Positions 1-8,083 of a DNA stretch of 31,817 nucleotides are shown piece by piece (within the stretch, counting starts at the first letter, position 1; each line of letters starts with the position of its first letter). Origin of the DNA: a virus (taxonomy: Duplodnaviria; Caudoviricetes); the IMG/VR virus record IMGVR_UViG_3300017766_003182, positions 1-31,817 of that record; one strand, 5' to 3'. The translations under genes were made by a program, and so were the position numbers. Under the pieces are notes generated by a model that did not search any database, was not told the origin of the DNA, and saw only the letters and a list, made by a program, of their open reading frames with translations.

Positions 1-1
1 A

Positions 2-1063
2 ATCCAATACTTGAACCAGTTGCAAGACTCGGTTCCGTCGTCAGCCAATCTGAGTTATTATCTGTCCTACACCACGGACAAGTTCATCCAGCGCCGCTTG
101 ATTGAAGTCTGCCGAAACTCAATCGAACGGGTGTATGAGTATGACGGAGACCCAGCCACCCTCGTAGATGAAATCGAGAGGGAGATCCTGTCCGTCCGCC
201 TCCGCCGCGGCCAACGGGTGGACATCAAGCAATACGTCCAAGACGCGATCAGCCTGATGGAACAGAAGCTGGCCAGCAACGGAGCGATCCTCGGAGTCTC
301 CACTGGATTCGCAGACTTGGATTACTACACCGATGGGCTCTGCCCGTCAGAGTTGATCGTGCCGGCGGCCTACCCTGGAGCCGGCAAGACATCGCTGAGC
401 ATGAACTTCGTAGAGCATGCTGTGATCAGCAGCGGGGTGGCCGCAGCGGTGTTCTCCCAGGAAATGACTTGCCGCCAATTGGTGATGCGGATGCTCGGCT
501 CTAACGCCCGGGTGAACATGAAACAGATCGGGCGCGGCGAAATGTTTCCAGAGGACTTCCCGCGGTTGATCGCAGCCGCAGGGAAGCTTTCCCACTCAAA
601 GCTTCACATCATTGACGACGCCCAAAGCATCCAACAGATCACCGCCGAAGCGCGGAGGCTCAAACAGCGATACGACATCAAGTTGATTGTGGTTGACTAC
701 CTCCAACTCGTCACCGGCGGCGGCAGCGGCAAAGACGGGAACCGCGAGCAAGAGGTGAACGGGGCCGCTTCCGGACTGAAGCGGTTAGCCAAGGAGTTGG
801 ACATTCCAGTCGTGGCTCCGTCGCAGCTGACCGACGATGGGAAGCTTCGCGAGAGCCGAGCGATTGGCCAGCACGCAGATCTTATTCTGAAAATGGCGGC
901 CCAGACCAAAGAGGGCGAGGACTACCCAAATGGCGAGCCGGTGGACGTCTTCATCGAAAAGAACCGGAACGGCCCTAGCAAGGTCACGGTTCATCTCACT
1001 TTCCTAAAGCAGTACACCCGGTTCGAGAGCGCAGCGAAATTAAATACCTACGACGAACCATAA
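2..1063 (+). CDS. dnaB: Replicative DNA helicase, DnaB family (5' end lies outside the window)
   Basis: STGFADLD, Walker A AAYPGAGKT, FSQEM, Walker B IVVDYLQL, LKRLAKELDIPV, LRESRAIGQHAD, KNRNGP; frame is open from base 2. Confidence 0.96.
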   Translation: MQYLNQLQDSVPSSANLSYYLSYTTDKFIQRRLIEVCRNSIERVYEYDGDPATLVDEIEREILSVRLRRGQRVDIKQYVQDAISLMEQKLASNGAILGVSTGFADLDYYTDGLCPSELIVPAAYPGAGKTSLSMNFVEHAVISSGVAAAVFSQEMTCRQLVMRMLGSNARVNMKQIGRGEMFPEDFPRLIAAAGKLSHSKLHIIDDAQSIQQITAEARRLKQRYDIKLIVVDYLQLVTGGGSGKDGNREQEVNGAASGLKRLAKELDIPVVAPSQLTDDGKLRESRAIGQHADLILKMAAQTKEGEDYPNGEPVDVFIEKNRNGPSKVTVHLTFLKQYTRFESAAKLNTYDEP

Positions 1064-1075
1064 CCAAAAAGAAAA

Positions 1076-1507
1076 ATGAACCTAGCAATCATCAAAGGAA
1101 ACCTCACGCGCGACCCCGAGCTGCGCTACACTCCAAACGGAAAAGCGATTGCCTCCTTCGGCGTCGCAGTCAACGAAGTTTGGAAAACCGAAGCCGGCGA
1201 GAAGATGGAGAAATGCCACTTCTTCGACGTGGACGCCTGGGGCCGCACCGCTGAGAACGTCGCTCAATACTTCAAGAAGGGAAAACCAATCCTCGTGGAG
1301 GGCAAGCTCCAGATGGATGCCTGGGACGACAAGCAGACCGGACAGAAGCGGACCAAAGTGAAAATTGTCATGTCGCGGTTCCATTTCTGCGGAGACAACA
1401 AGGGCGGATCAACCCAAGCTTCTGCTGGCGAAGGATCTCAACCCGACGCCAACTACGAAGCGCCGCAAGCCGACGCCAAGGATACTGGTGACGACGTTCC
1501 GTTCTGA
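1076..1507 (+). CDS. ssb: Single-stranded DNA-binding protein
   Basis: GNLTRDPELRYTPNG, AWGRTAE, VEGKLQ OB-fold motifs and acidic C-terminal DDVPF. Confidence 0.97.
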   Translation: MNLAIIKGNLTRDPELRYTPNGKAIASFGVAVNEVWKTEAGEKMEKCHFFDVDAWGRTAENVAQYFKKGKPILVEGKLQMDAWDDKQTGQKRTKVKIVMSRFHFCGDNKGGSTQASAGEGSQPDANYEAPQADAKDTGDDVPF

Positions 1508-1509
1508 TC

Positions 1510-1683
1510 ATGAAAGCCAAAGCCACCGCTCGGCGCCGGACGTTCGCCGGGAAACAGAATCGCAACAAACACGTCCGCAGTTACGCCACACTGGAAGACA
1601 AGTGGGCGCGGGCCGCCGCTGAAGAGCCGCCGATTGCTGGAGCCTCGCTGGCGCTGTTGGAAGAAAGGTTGGCTGCTATATGA
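1510..1683 (+). CDS. Small hypothetical protein (57 aa, MKAKATARRR...), below the track cut-off
   Basis: Fills the gap after ssb; its TGA overlaps the ATG of the next gene. Confidence 0.6.
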   Translation: MKAKATARRRTFAGKQNRNKHVRSYATLEDKWARAAAEEPPIAGASLALLEERLAAI

Positions 1684-2114
1684 GAGTCATGCAGATCGAA
1701 GGCGAGCCCACCCGCTACCATGTAGAATCAAGCAGCCTAGAGTGCGTGGTGTGTGGGCGCAACTTCACCCGCCGCGACCCCAAGAACAAGGCGCTGCGCA
1801 TCGGAGGGCCGTGTCCGAAGTGCGCGGAGGAAGGGAAGGAAGCGACGCTGGACACCAAGTTCCATCTGGTGGATCTGTCTAGCTACTTTCCTATTGGCCA
1901 ATGCTCGTGCGAGCACTTCCAGTTCCGGCTGCTGGCGAACATTTCCAAGTTGGCGCCGTCCGTGCTCCGCATCATGAGCAAGGGCGAGGCTTCCAAGCTC
2001 CGCTGCACTCACATCGAGGCCGCCCGGGAGGAAGCCTTGGACAAAACCATCTACCACCACGAAGAACACCGCCACGCGCAAGCTGGCAAACAACGCGAAG
2101 GAATCGGAGCATGA
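1680..2114 (+). CDS. Zinc-finger protein with SWIM-like motif
   Basis: CVVC...CPKC ribbon plus CSCEHF...CTH (CxC-xn-CxH). Confidence 0.65.
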   Translation: MRVMQIEGEPTRYHVESSSLECVVCGRNFTRRDPKNKALRIGGPCPKCAEEGKEATLDTKFHLVDLSSYFPIGQCSCEHFQFRLLANISKLAPSVLRIMSKGEASKLRCTHIEAAREEALDKTIYHHEEHRHAQAGKQREGIGA

Positions 2115-3118
2115 GTGAGAAATCTAAAATCGCATGGACGGACAGCACCCTGAACTTTTGGGAAGGCTGCACGAAGGTCAGCGCCGGGTGTCAGCACTGC
2201 TACGCCGAGGCGCGAGACAAACGATTCACGGGCGGCAAGCTGTGGGGCAAAGGCGCACCCCGCCGCAAGAGCAAGAGCGCGGTGAAGGATGCCATCAAGT
2301 TCAACAAGCTGCCGTGGATTTGCACCACCTGTGGCGCAGCAATGTCTGAGCAGTCTGATGATTGCATCAATTCAATCAATGGCACTCCCGGAGGCTGTGC
2401 TGGTGAAGTGCAACGCCGCCGCCGCATCTTCTCTCTGTCCCTCGGTGACTGGCTCGACGACGAAGTTCCGATTGAGTGGCTGGCCGAGATGCTCGACACC
2501 ATCCGGCAGTGTGGCGACGTTGATTGGTTGCTCTGCACGAAGCGTCCAGAGTTATGGGAAACCCGGTTGCACAGCGCACGGGACAAGTGTTTTTACGGGG
2601 CGCGTCCGTGGGTGCAATCTTGGCTTGATGGCGAAGCGCCCGCAAACGTCATGGTCCTGACCAGCGTTGAAAATCAGGAAGCGGCAGACGAACGCATCCC
2701 TGCCTTGATCCGCATCCCGGCGTGGCGTCGCGGACTCAGCATGGAGCCGTTGCTTGGGCCAGTGGACCTGACGCACATCGAAGCCGATGAGTCACTCGGG
2801 CAGACTTACAACGCACTGACCGGCTACGGCACATGGAACAAGGACAAGCAGGCGAACCCGATTGATTGGGTCATCATCGGCGGCGAGAGCGGAGACAAGG
2901 CGCGTCCATGCAACGTGGACTGGATTCGTAACATCGTCGCTCAGTGCAAGTCGGCGAGTGTGCCGGTGTTCGTGAAGCAGTTGGGGGCTCAGTGGGTAGT
3001 CCAGATTCACGATGACGAGCGCGACTTCAAAATGAAAGTTTTGGACAAAAAAGGTGGAGACATTGCCGAATGGCCGGCTGACTTGCAAGTTCGAGAATTT
3101 TACGAAGGAACACAATGA
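2111..3118 (+). CDS. DUF5131 / phage Gp37Gp68 family protein
   Basis: SKIAWTD, GCTKVSAGCQHCYAE, TKRPE, SVENQ, LSMEPLLGPVDL, DWVIIGGESG, VFVKQLG; start re-placed at ATG 2111, overlapping the upstream stop. Confidence 0.92.
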   Translation: MSEKSKIAWTDSTLNFWEGCTKVSAGCQHCYAEARDKRFTGGKLWGKGAPRRKSKSAVKDAIKFNKLPWICTTCGAAMSEQSDDCINSINGTPGGCAGEVQRRRRIFSLSLGDWLDDEVPIEWLAEMLDTIRQCGDVDWLLCTKRPELWETRLHSARDKCFYGARPWVQSWLDGEAPANVMVLTSVENQEAADERIPALIRIPAWRRGLSMEPLLGPVDLTHIEADESLGQTYNALTGYGTWNKDKQANPIDWVIIGGESGDKARPCNVDWIRNIVAQCKSASVPVFVKQLGAQWVVQIHDDERDFKMKVLDKKGGDIAEWPADLQVREFYEGTQ

Positions 3119-3570
3119 GCCTCTACGGATACAAAAAGAAAAGCAAGCCAGCCCCGTGGCTGGCAGCCTTCCCATCACAAGCCATCAAGACCATGAGCCG
3201 ACCGGAGAAGATTGCCAAGCTCCGGAAGTTCATCAAGCCGGTGTCGGATCGCAAGCGCAAGACCATGACGGAATACCGCGAGCGGGCCAGAGCGTTCGTC
3301 AAGGCCGCCCGTGACCGGGGCGAAACCTGCCCGGTGGTGGCTGCCGTCGAAGAGCTACGCGAGGGCATGATGTACGGCCACCGCATCAGCGCCAAGTTGA
3401 ACGAGGTTCACCACATGCGCGGACGCGCTGGAAGCCTGCTGCTGGACGAGCGGTTTTGGATGGCCATTTCCAAGCAAGGCCACCGCTGGGTTCACGAGCA
3501 CATGGACGAAGCCCGCAAGCTCGGCTGGCTGTGCGAGATCGGAAAATGGAACACCCCGGAGCGCCCATGA
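3115..3570 (+). CDS. HNH-like protein with degenerate Zn ligands
   Basis: EVHHMRGRAGSLLLDERFWMAISKQGHRWVH resembles small phage HNH proteins, but the CxxCH motif reads SKQGH. Confidence 0.55.
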   Translation: MSLYGYKKKSKPAPWLAAFPSQAIKTMSRPEKIAKLRKFIKPVSDRKRKTMTEYRERARAFVKAARDRGETCPVVAAVEELREGMMYGHRISAKLNEVHHMRGRAGSLLLDERFWMAISKQGHRWVHEHMDEARKLGWLCEIGKWNTPERP

Positions 3571-3788
3571 AGCTTCTTCAAGGGACAATCCTTTCGATTG
3601 AGTGCGATCAATGCAAGTCCAGGATGACAATCGCTGGGGGCTACATTGGAATCGCCTTAAACGACGAATGGCGGGCCAAGGCGGACGTAATAATCGAACA
3701 GAACGGGTGGTCCACCGGCGCCGACGCTCCGGATCTTTGCCCAGCTTGCCTTGTGAGCTTTTTGGCCAGCGAGAATAATTCAAAATAG
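3567..3788 (+). CDS. Small Zn-binding hypothetical protein
   Basis: CDQC ... GW ... DLCPAC; ATGA overlap with the upstream gene. Confidence 0.7.
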   Translation: MKLLQGTILSIECDQCKSRMTIAGGYIGIALNDEWRAKADVIIEQNGWSTGADAPDLCPACLVSFLASENNSK

Positions 3789-3791
3789 CTA

Positions 3792-3820
3792 TTGCCAAAA
3801 TGCAACCCTTAGGCTTTAAT
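3792..3820 (+). promoter_or_regulatory. Sigma70-like promoter
   Basis: TTGCCA (3792-3797), 17-nt spacer, TTTAAT (3815-3820) in an AT-rich intergenic gap. Confidence 0.6.
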
Positions 3821-3860
3821 TAACTCAGGTCGAGGGCGAAGAGCCCGGAACCACGAAAGA

Positions 3861-4610
3861 ATGCGACTCATGAAAGTTAATAAATCCTCCAAAGACTGCG
3901 CGGCCCACAACCTCACCATCCAAGCCGAGATTGACCTTGGCCTGTCGGAAGCTTGGGAGCCGTCTGAACTGGTTCTCCAAGGCGAAGCCAAAGAGCTCGC
4001 CCGAATCGAAGCTTGCGCCAAGCGCGACGCTGACATGCTCTCCGTTCTCAAGCAGCTCGACCCCAACACCAACGGTGACTATGTGTTCGGCATCCGCGCC
4101 AAGATTGAGGCTGTTTATACCGGCAGCTCAAAGTGGAGCTCTGGCAGCCACACAGGCTGGAGACTGGTCTTCGGTTCCAGCTATACCAGTTCTGAGAATC
4201 CCAAGGTCACAATCGGCGAAGGCCGCGCGATCAGCATCAACGACAAACAGTTGGCGCGGGCCAAGGCCAAGCTGGAAGAGTTGCTGAGCCTCAAGCGCAT
4301 TGCCGACGCCAAGCAAAGCAGTGCCCAAAGCGCCCAAGCCCGCACCACAGCGTTCATCGCGGCCAACGGGGCGTTCTGCGAAGCCGCTGGCCACAGCAGC
4401 TACAACTCCGGCGAGACGCTCTACTACGGCAGCCCCAAGCGGGCCCACTACCAGACAGCGTTCATCGTGCTGGCTGACGGCTCGGTAAAGATCGGCCACG
4501 AGACTTACACCATCGCCCAGTGGCGCGAGATCTTCGGCCTTCGCGCTGCGCAGGCTGCCGCCATGAAGGCGCTCAAGGCGTCCTTCGCAACCGCAACCGT
4601 CAACGCCTAA
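3861..4610 (+). CDS. Hypothetical protein (start may be ATG 3870)
   Basis: 249-aa ORF downstream of the promoter; codon usage like its neighbours. Confidence 0.8.
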   Translation: MRLMKVNKSSKDCAAHNLTIQAEIDLGLSEAWEPSELVLQGEAKELARIEACAKRDADMLSVLKQLDPNTNGDYVFGIRAKIEAVYTGSSKWSSGSHTGWRLVFGSSYTSSENPKVTIGEGRAISINDKQLARAKAKLEELLSLKRIADAKQSSAQSAQARTTAFIAANGAFCEAAGHSSYNSGETLYYGSPKRAHYQTAFIVLADGSVKIGHETYTIAQWREIFGLRAAQAAAMKALKASFATATVNA

Positions 4611-4614
4611 TCGT

Positions 4615-4797
4615 ATGAGCAACAAAGCCCGCTCCGAGCAGCTGCGCCGGTCGCAGCACCACCTCGAGAACATCAACGCCATCAACGCGTGGCGGCAGGA
4701 GGCCGTCAAGCACGCCATCAACAAAGGCCAAGTGGCCGCCATTGACGCCCGGGTGTTTGAGCTGCGCGAAGCGGCTGCGAAAGGGGTGGCGTTGTGA
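4615..4797 (+). CDS. Hypothetical protein
   Basis: Tiles between neighbours; GTGA overlap with the next gene. Confidence 0.65.
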   Translation: MSNKARSEQLRRSQHHLENINAINAWRQEAVKHAINKGQVAAIDARVFELREAAAKGVAL

Positions 4798-4988
4798 GCG
4801 TGATCATTTTCAACACCACGCTCAAACGCTTCTACGTGGACTCCGGCACCGGCTTCAAGACCACGCCTCGCAGGGGCAAGGCCACGGTCTTCAAGACGGA
4901 AGCCGCTGCGCGGTCGTGGCTCCGGAAGGAGTGGCTGATTCACACATCCATCACAATTTCACCAATCAAAATTTCTCCCGCGTCTTGA
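4794..4988 (+). CDS. Hypothetical protein
   Basis: GTG start overlapping the upstream stop; ATVFKTEAAARSW pattern common in small phage proteins. Confidence 0.65.
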   Translation: MSVIIFNTTLKRFYVDSGTGFKTTPRRGKATVFKTEAAARSWLRKEWLIHTSITISPIKISPAS

Positions 4989-5011
4989 AGTCGCATTCTT
5001 ACGCAGGGAGC

Positions 5012-5048
5012 GGCTCGCTGCTGCTGGGCAATCCAGCAGCGGCGGGCC
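5012..5048 (+). other. Strong intergenic RNA hairpin (16 bp, two G-U pairs, loop GCAAT), no U-tract
   Basis: GGCTCGCTGCTGCTGG / CCAGCAGCGGCGGGCC. Confidence 0.7.
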
Positions 5049-5081
5049 AACTTAATCTGGACCGGAACTAAAAGGAAAACA

Positions 5082-5963
5082 ATGAGCAACGAACTAGATC
5101 TCGCCATCGGCGATACTATCCAGCTGGACGGGGGCATGGCCCTTGTCGAGTCTGTCGGAAGCAAAACCGCAGACGCAATCATGCTGGACTCCAAACACAA
5201 GGGCAAGGTGCGCACCGTCAACACTCCGTTCTCGCGCCACCTGATCATCGAGCGCGGCGGCCAAGCGGCGTTGGACAAGTTCAACAACGACGCCAAAGAG
5301 AAGGACAAGAGCCGCAAGGGGTTCATCCAGACCGAGCCCGGCGACGTCCTGTGCCACGGCGGGGAGATCCGCACGGTGGTCTCCGTCACAGACAAGTGGT
5401 GCACCATCGGCAGCCTCGACGGCGAGGAGTTTGCAGAACCCCGCTGGCTTAACGAGTTCTTTTTCCGCGACTGCACCTGCCACCAACTCGTCCGGCTCGA
5501 CGCCGACGCCCGAGCCGCCAACCTGAAACAATTTCTCGCCCAGCGCAAGTCACCGCTGGTCGAAGACCAAACCAGTGACGAAGCCGTAACCACAGAAACC
5601 GAAATGAAAACAAAGTCCAAAACCAGTTCCGCCGCCACCCGCAACGTATCAACCAAAGGCAAGCGCACCACCAAGCCCAAAGCCGCCAAGCCGGCCGCAG
5701 CCAAGTCGAAGCGGGCTGCCGAGCAGATTGCCGACGGGAAGTCGAGCGTAGCCAAGAACAAGTTGTTCGGCGCTTCCCTCTGCCGGGTAGCCATGACCGC
5801 CGGGGCCGCTGGTATCAGCTACGAAAAGTTTGTCGAGGTGATGCAGAAATACGGCCTCAGCCTGTCCGAGGGAACAATCCGGCAGAATATGCGCATCGGC
5901 AAGGCCGGCACGATGGTGGGCGCGGTGCTCACCAAGGAACAGCTGGCAGAGTTTGGAGCTTGA
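5082..5963 (+). CDS. Hypothetical protein with Lys/Ala-rich linker and possible C-terminal HTH
   Basis: AAGGAAAAC upstream of ATG; KTKSKT...AAKPAAAKSK linker; LSLSEGTIRQNM helix. Confidence 0.8.
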   Translation: MSNELDLAIGDTIQLDGGMALVESVGSKTADAIMLDSKHKGKVRTVNTPFSRHLIIERGGQAALDKFNNDAKEKDKSRKGFIQTEPGDVLCHGGEIRTVVSVTDKWCTIGSLDGEEFAEPRWLNEFFFRDCTCHQLVRLDADARAANLKQFLAQRKSPLVEDQTSDEAVTTETEMKTKSKTSSAATRNVSTKGKRTTKPKAAKPAAAKSKRAAEQIADGKSSVAKNKLFGASLCRVAMTAGAAGISYEKFVEVMQKYGLSLSEGTIRQNMRIGKAGTMVGAVLTKEQLAEFGA

Positions 5964-5964
5964 T

Positions 5965-6363
5965 ATGAAGCAAGCCTCACTGTTCAACGACGATGCCCGG
6001 GTCGAGCAAGCGGAAAGCATCTACACCAAGACGACGGCCAAGAATCTGATTTACGAGCCGTCAGCCCGGAAGCCTCACGTCGAGGAGCTGGTGGAGAGAG
6101 TGAAGACCTTGGAGCTGGAAGCGAGAATCGAGAGGTCGGGCGTCAGCGACAAGGAAAAGCAATTCCTAAAGCTGGCGGCCCAGCGCCACAACGGATTCAA
6201 TTACGACTCCATCGCCGACTACTATTCCCACGCCACTCCGGAAATGCAGCGGCTGATGGAGGAGTCCGGCCTTGTGATTGTGGACTTCGACAAAGCGATT
6301 GAGCTTGGGTTCGTCCAGCTCAGCGAAAGCATCTGCAACCAATACGCCAGCGAACAGTCATGA
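5965..6363 (+). CDS. Helical protein of a type I recall occurring next to phage TAGT glycosyltransferases
   Basis: IYEP...KP...FLKLAAQRH..FNYDSIADYYSHA...LVIVDFDKAIELGFV; translationally coupled to the downstream GT; the association is from recall. Confidence 0.6.
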   Translation: MKQASLFNDDARVEQAESIYTKTTAKNLIYEPSARKPHVEELVERVKTLELEARIERSGVSDKEKQFLKLAAQRHNGFNYDSIADYYSHATPEMQRLMEESGLVIVDFDKAIELGFVQLSESICNQYASEQS

Positions 6364-7232
6364 GAGACGACTTCGGCATCCTGATCATGTCCTACGGCCG
6401 CGCCGACAAGGTTCCAACCCTTGAAGGCCTCCGGAAAAGCAACTACACTGGCAAGTGGTTCATCGTGATCGGCGATGACGATCCGAAGCTGGAGACCTAC
6501 AAGTCCAACTACGGAGACAAGTGCATCGTGTTCAACAAGGCGGACTACATTGCCAAGACCGACCGGATGGGGTTGAAGATTACCAAGGTCATCATGTTTG
6601 CCCGCAACGCCTGTTTTGACATCGCCGAGAAGTTGGGGTTGAAATACTTCCAGCAGTTCGACGACGACTACACAGGATTCTTCTTCGCGTTCAACGCCAG
6701 CATGACCTACGTGCTGACCAAGAAGGTGAACCAAATCAAGAGCTACGATACCGTTGTGGACAACCTGCTGCGGTTCTACGAGAAGACTCCGAAGAATTGC
6801 TTGGCGCTGGCCTTTGCTCAAGGCGGAGACTTTGTGGGCGGGCCAGGCGAGAATCCCGAAAGCCGGTGGAATTTCTCGTGCGTCCGCAAGGCCATGAACA
6901 GCTGGCTGTGCTCGACGGACCGCCGGTTCACGTTCCGAGGCTGCATGAACGAAGACGTCAACGCCTACACGTCGCTCCAGTCGCAGGGATACTTCATGCT
7001 TAACTTCATGCAGTATCGCCTCCAGCAGCCTCCTACGCAGACCACCGGCGGCATGGCGGCGGTTTACAAGCAATACGGCACCCACGTCAAGTCGTTCCTG
7101 TCGGTGATTCTCAATCCATCGTTCGTGAAGGTGTCCGTCCTGAACGGCAAGACCCACCAACGACTTCATCACAACATTAACTGGCGCCGCTGCGCAGCTA
7201 AGATCATCAGAGCTACCCACAAGAAGCCATGA
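6360..7232 (+). CDS. GT-A fold glycosyltransferase, TAGT/GREB1-like (copy 1)
   Basis: IMSYGRA, ARNACF, QFDDDY (DxD), AQGGDF, RKAMNSW, FRGCMNEDVNAY, GGMAAVY, KSF, RLHHNINW. Confidence 0.85.
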   Translation: MRDDFGILIMSYGRADKVPTLEGLRKSNYTGKWFIVIGDDDPKLETYKSNYGDKCIVFNKADYIAKTDRMGLKITKVIMFARNACFDIAEKLGLKYFQQFDDDYTGFFFAFNASMTYVLTKKVNQIKSYDTVVDNLLRFYEKTPKNCLALAFAQGGDFVGGPGENPESRWNFSCVRKAMNSWLCSTDRRFTFRGCMNEDVNAYTSLQSQGYFMLNFMQYRLQQPPTQTTGGMAAVYKQYGTHVKSFLSVILNPSFVKVSVLNGKTHQRLHHNINWRRCAAKIIRATHKKP

Positions 7233-8083
7233 GGAGCGACTTCGGCATCTTCATTATGTCCTATGGGCGTCCAGACAAGATCCCGAGCCTGGACTGCTTG
7301 ATGAAAAGCAACTACACCGGCCAGTGGTGGATCATCGTCGGCAACGACGACCCGAAGCTGGAAGGCTACAAAGAAAAGTTCAAAACCAAGTGCATCGTGT
7401 TTGACAAAGAACAATATATTGCCACAACCGACCGCATGGGATTGAAGGTGACCAAAGTCATCATGTTCGCCCGCAACGCCTGCTTCGACATTGCTGAGAT
7501 GCTTGGGTTGAGATATTTCCAGCAATTCGACGACGACTATATCTGCTTCAAGTTTGCGTTCAACAGCACGATGGGCTACGAGCGGAAGCAAAAACGGATC
7601 AAGTCGTTTGATCAAATTGTCGACACGATGATCAAGTTCTTCGAGCGGACGCCACCGAGCTGCATGGCGCTGGCGTTTGCCCAAGGCGGAGACTTCATCG
7701 GAGGTGAGGGATTTCAAAACTGGGGCTTTGGAAAGCTCCGCAAAGCGATGAACAGCTGGTTGTGCTCAACCGAGCGCCGGTTCACGTTCCGCGGTTGCAT
7801 GAACGAAGACGTCAATGCTTACACCTTGATGCAAAGCCAAGGCAAATTGTGCTTGAACATCATGCAGCTGAGATTAGATCAGCCTGTCACTCAGACCACC
7901 GGCGGTATGGCAGCGGTCTACAAACAATACGGGACGCACGTCAAGTCGTTCCTGTCGGTGATGTTGAACCCATCGTTCTGCAGAATTGGAGTCCTGCGGA
8001 ACCACGATCAGAGACTCCATCATTTAATAAACTGGAACCGATGCGCTTCAAAAATAGTGCGCGAGTCATTTAGAAAAGTATGA
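7229..8083 (+). CDS. GT-A fold glycosyltransferase, TAGT/GREB1-like (copy 2, tandem paralog)
   Basis: Same motifs as copy 1, with long identical peptide blocks such as KVIMFARNACFDIAE and TQTTGGMAAVYKQYGTHVKSFLSV. Confidence 0.85.
   Translation: MRSDFGIFIMSYGRPDKIPSLDCLMKSNYTGQWWIIVGNDDPKLEGYKEKFKTKCIVFDKEQYIATTDRMGLKVTKVIMFARNACFDIAEMLGLRYFQQFDDDYICFKFAFNSTMGYERKQKRIKSFDQIVDTMIKFFERTPPSCMALAFAQGGDFIGGEGFQNWGFGKLRKAMNSWLCSTERRFTFRGCMNEDVNAYTLMQSQGKLCLNIMQLRLDQPVTQTTGGMAAVYKQYGTHVKSFLSVMLNPSFCRIGVLRNHDQRLHHLINWNRCASKIVRESFRKV

Noticed and set aside
5012-5048. Hairpin as an intrinsic terminator
   Set aside because: No U-tract on either strand; kept only as a structural element
6360-8083. Near-identical DNA blocks between the two GT genes as a diversity-generating retroelement TR/VR pair
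   Set aside because: Differences are mostly synonymous third-position changes, not adenine-specific; both copies are full genes; no reverse transcriptase in the window
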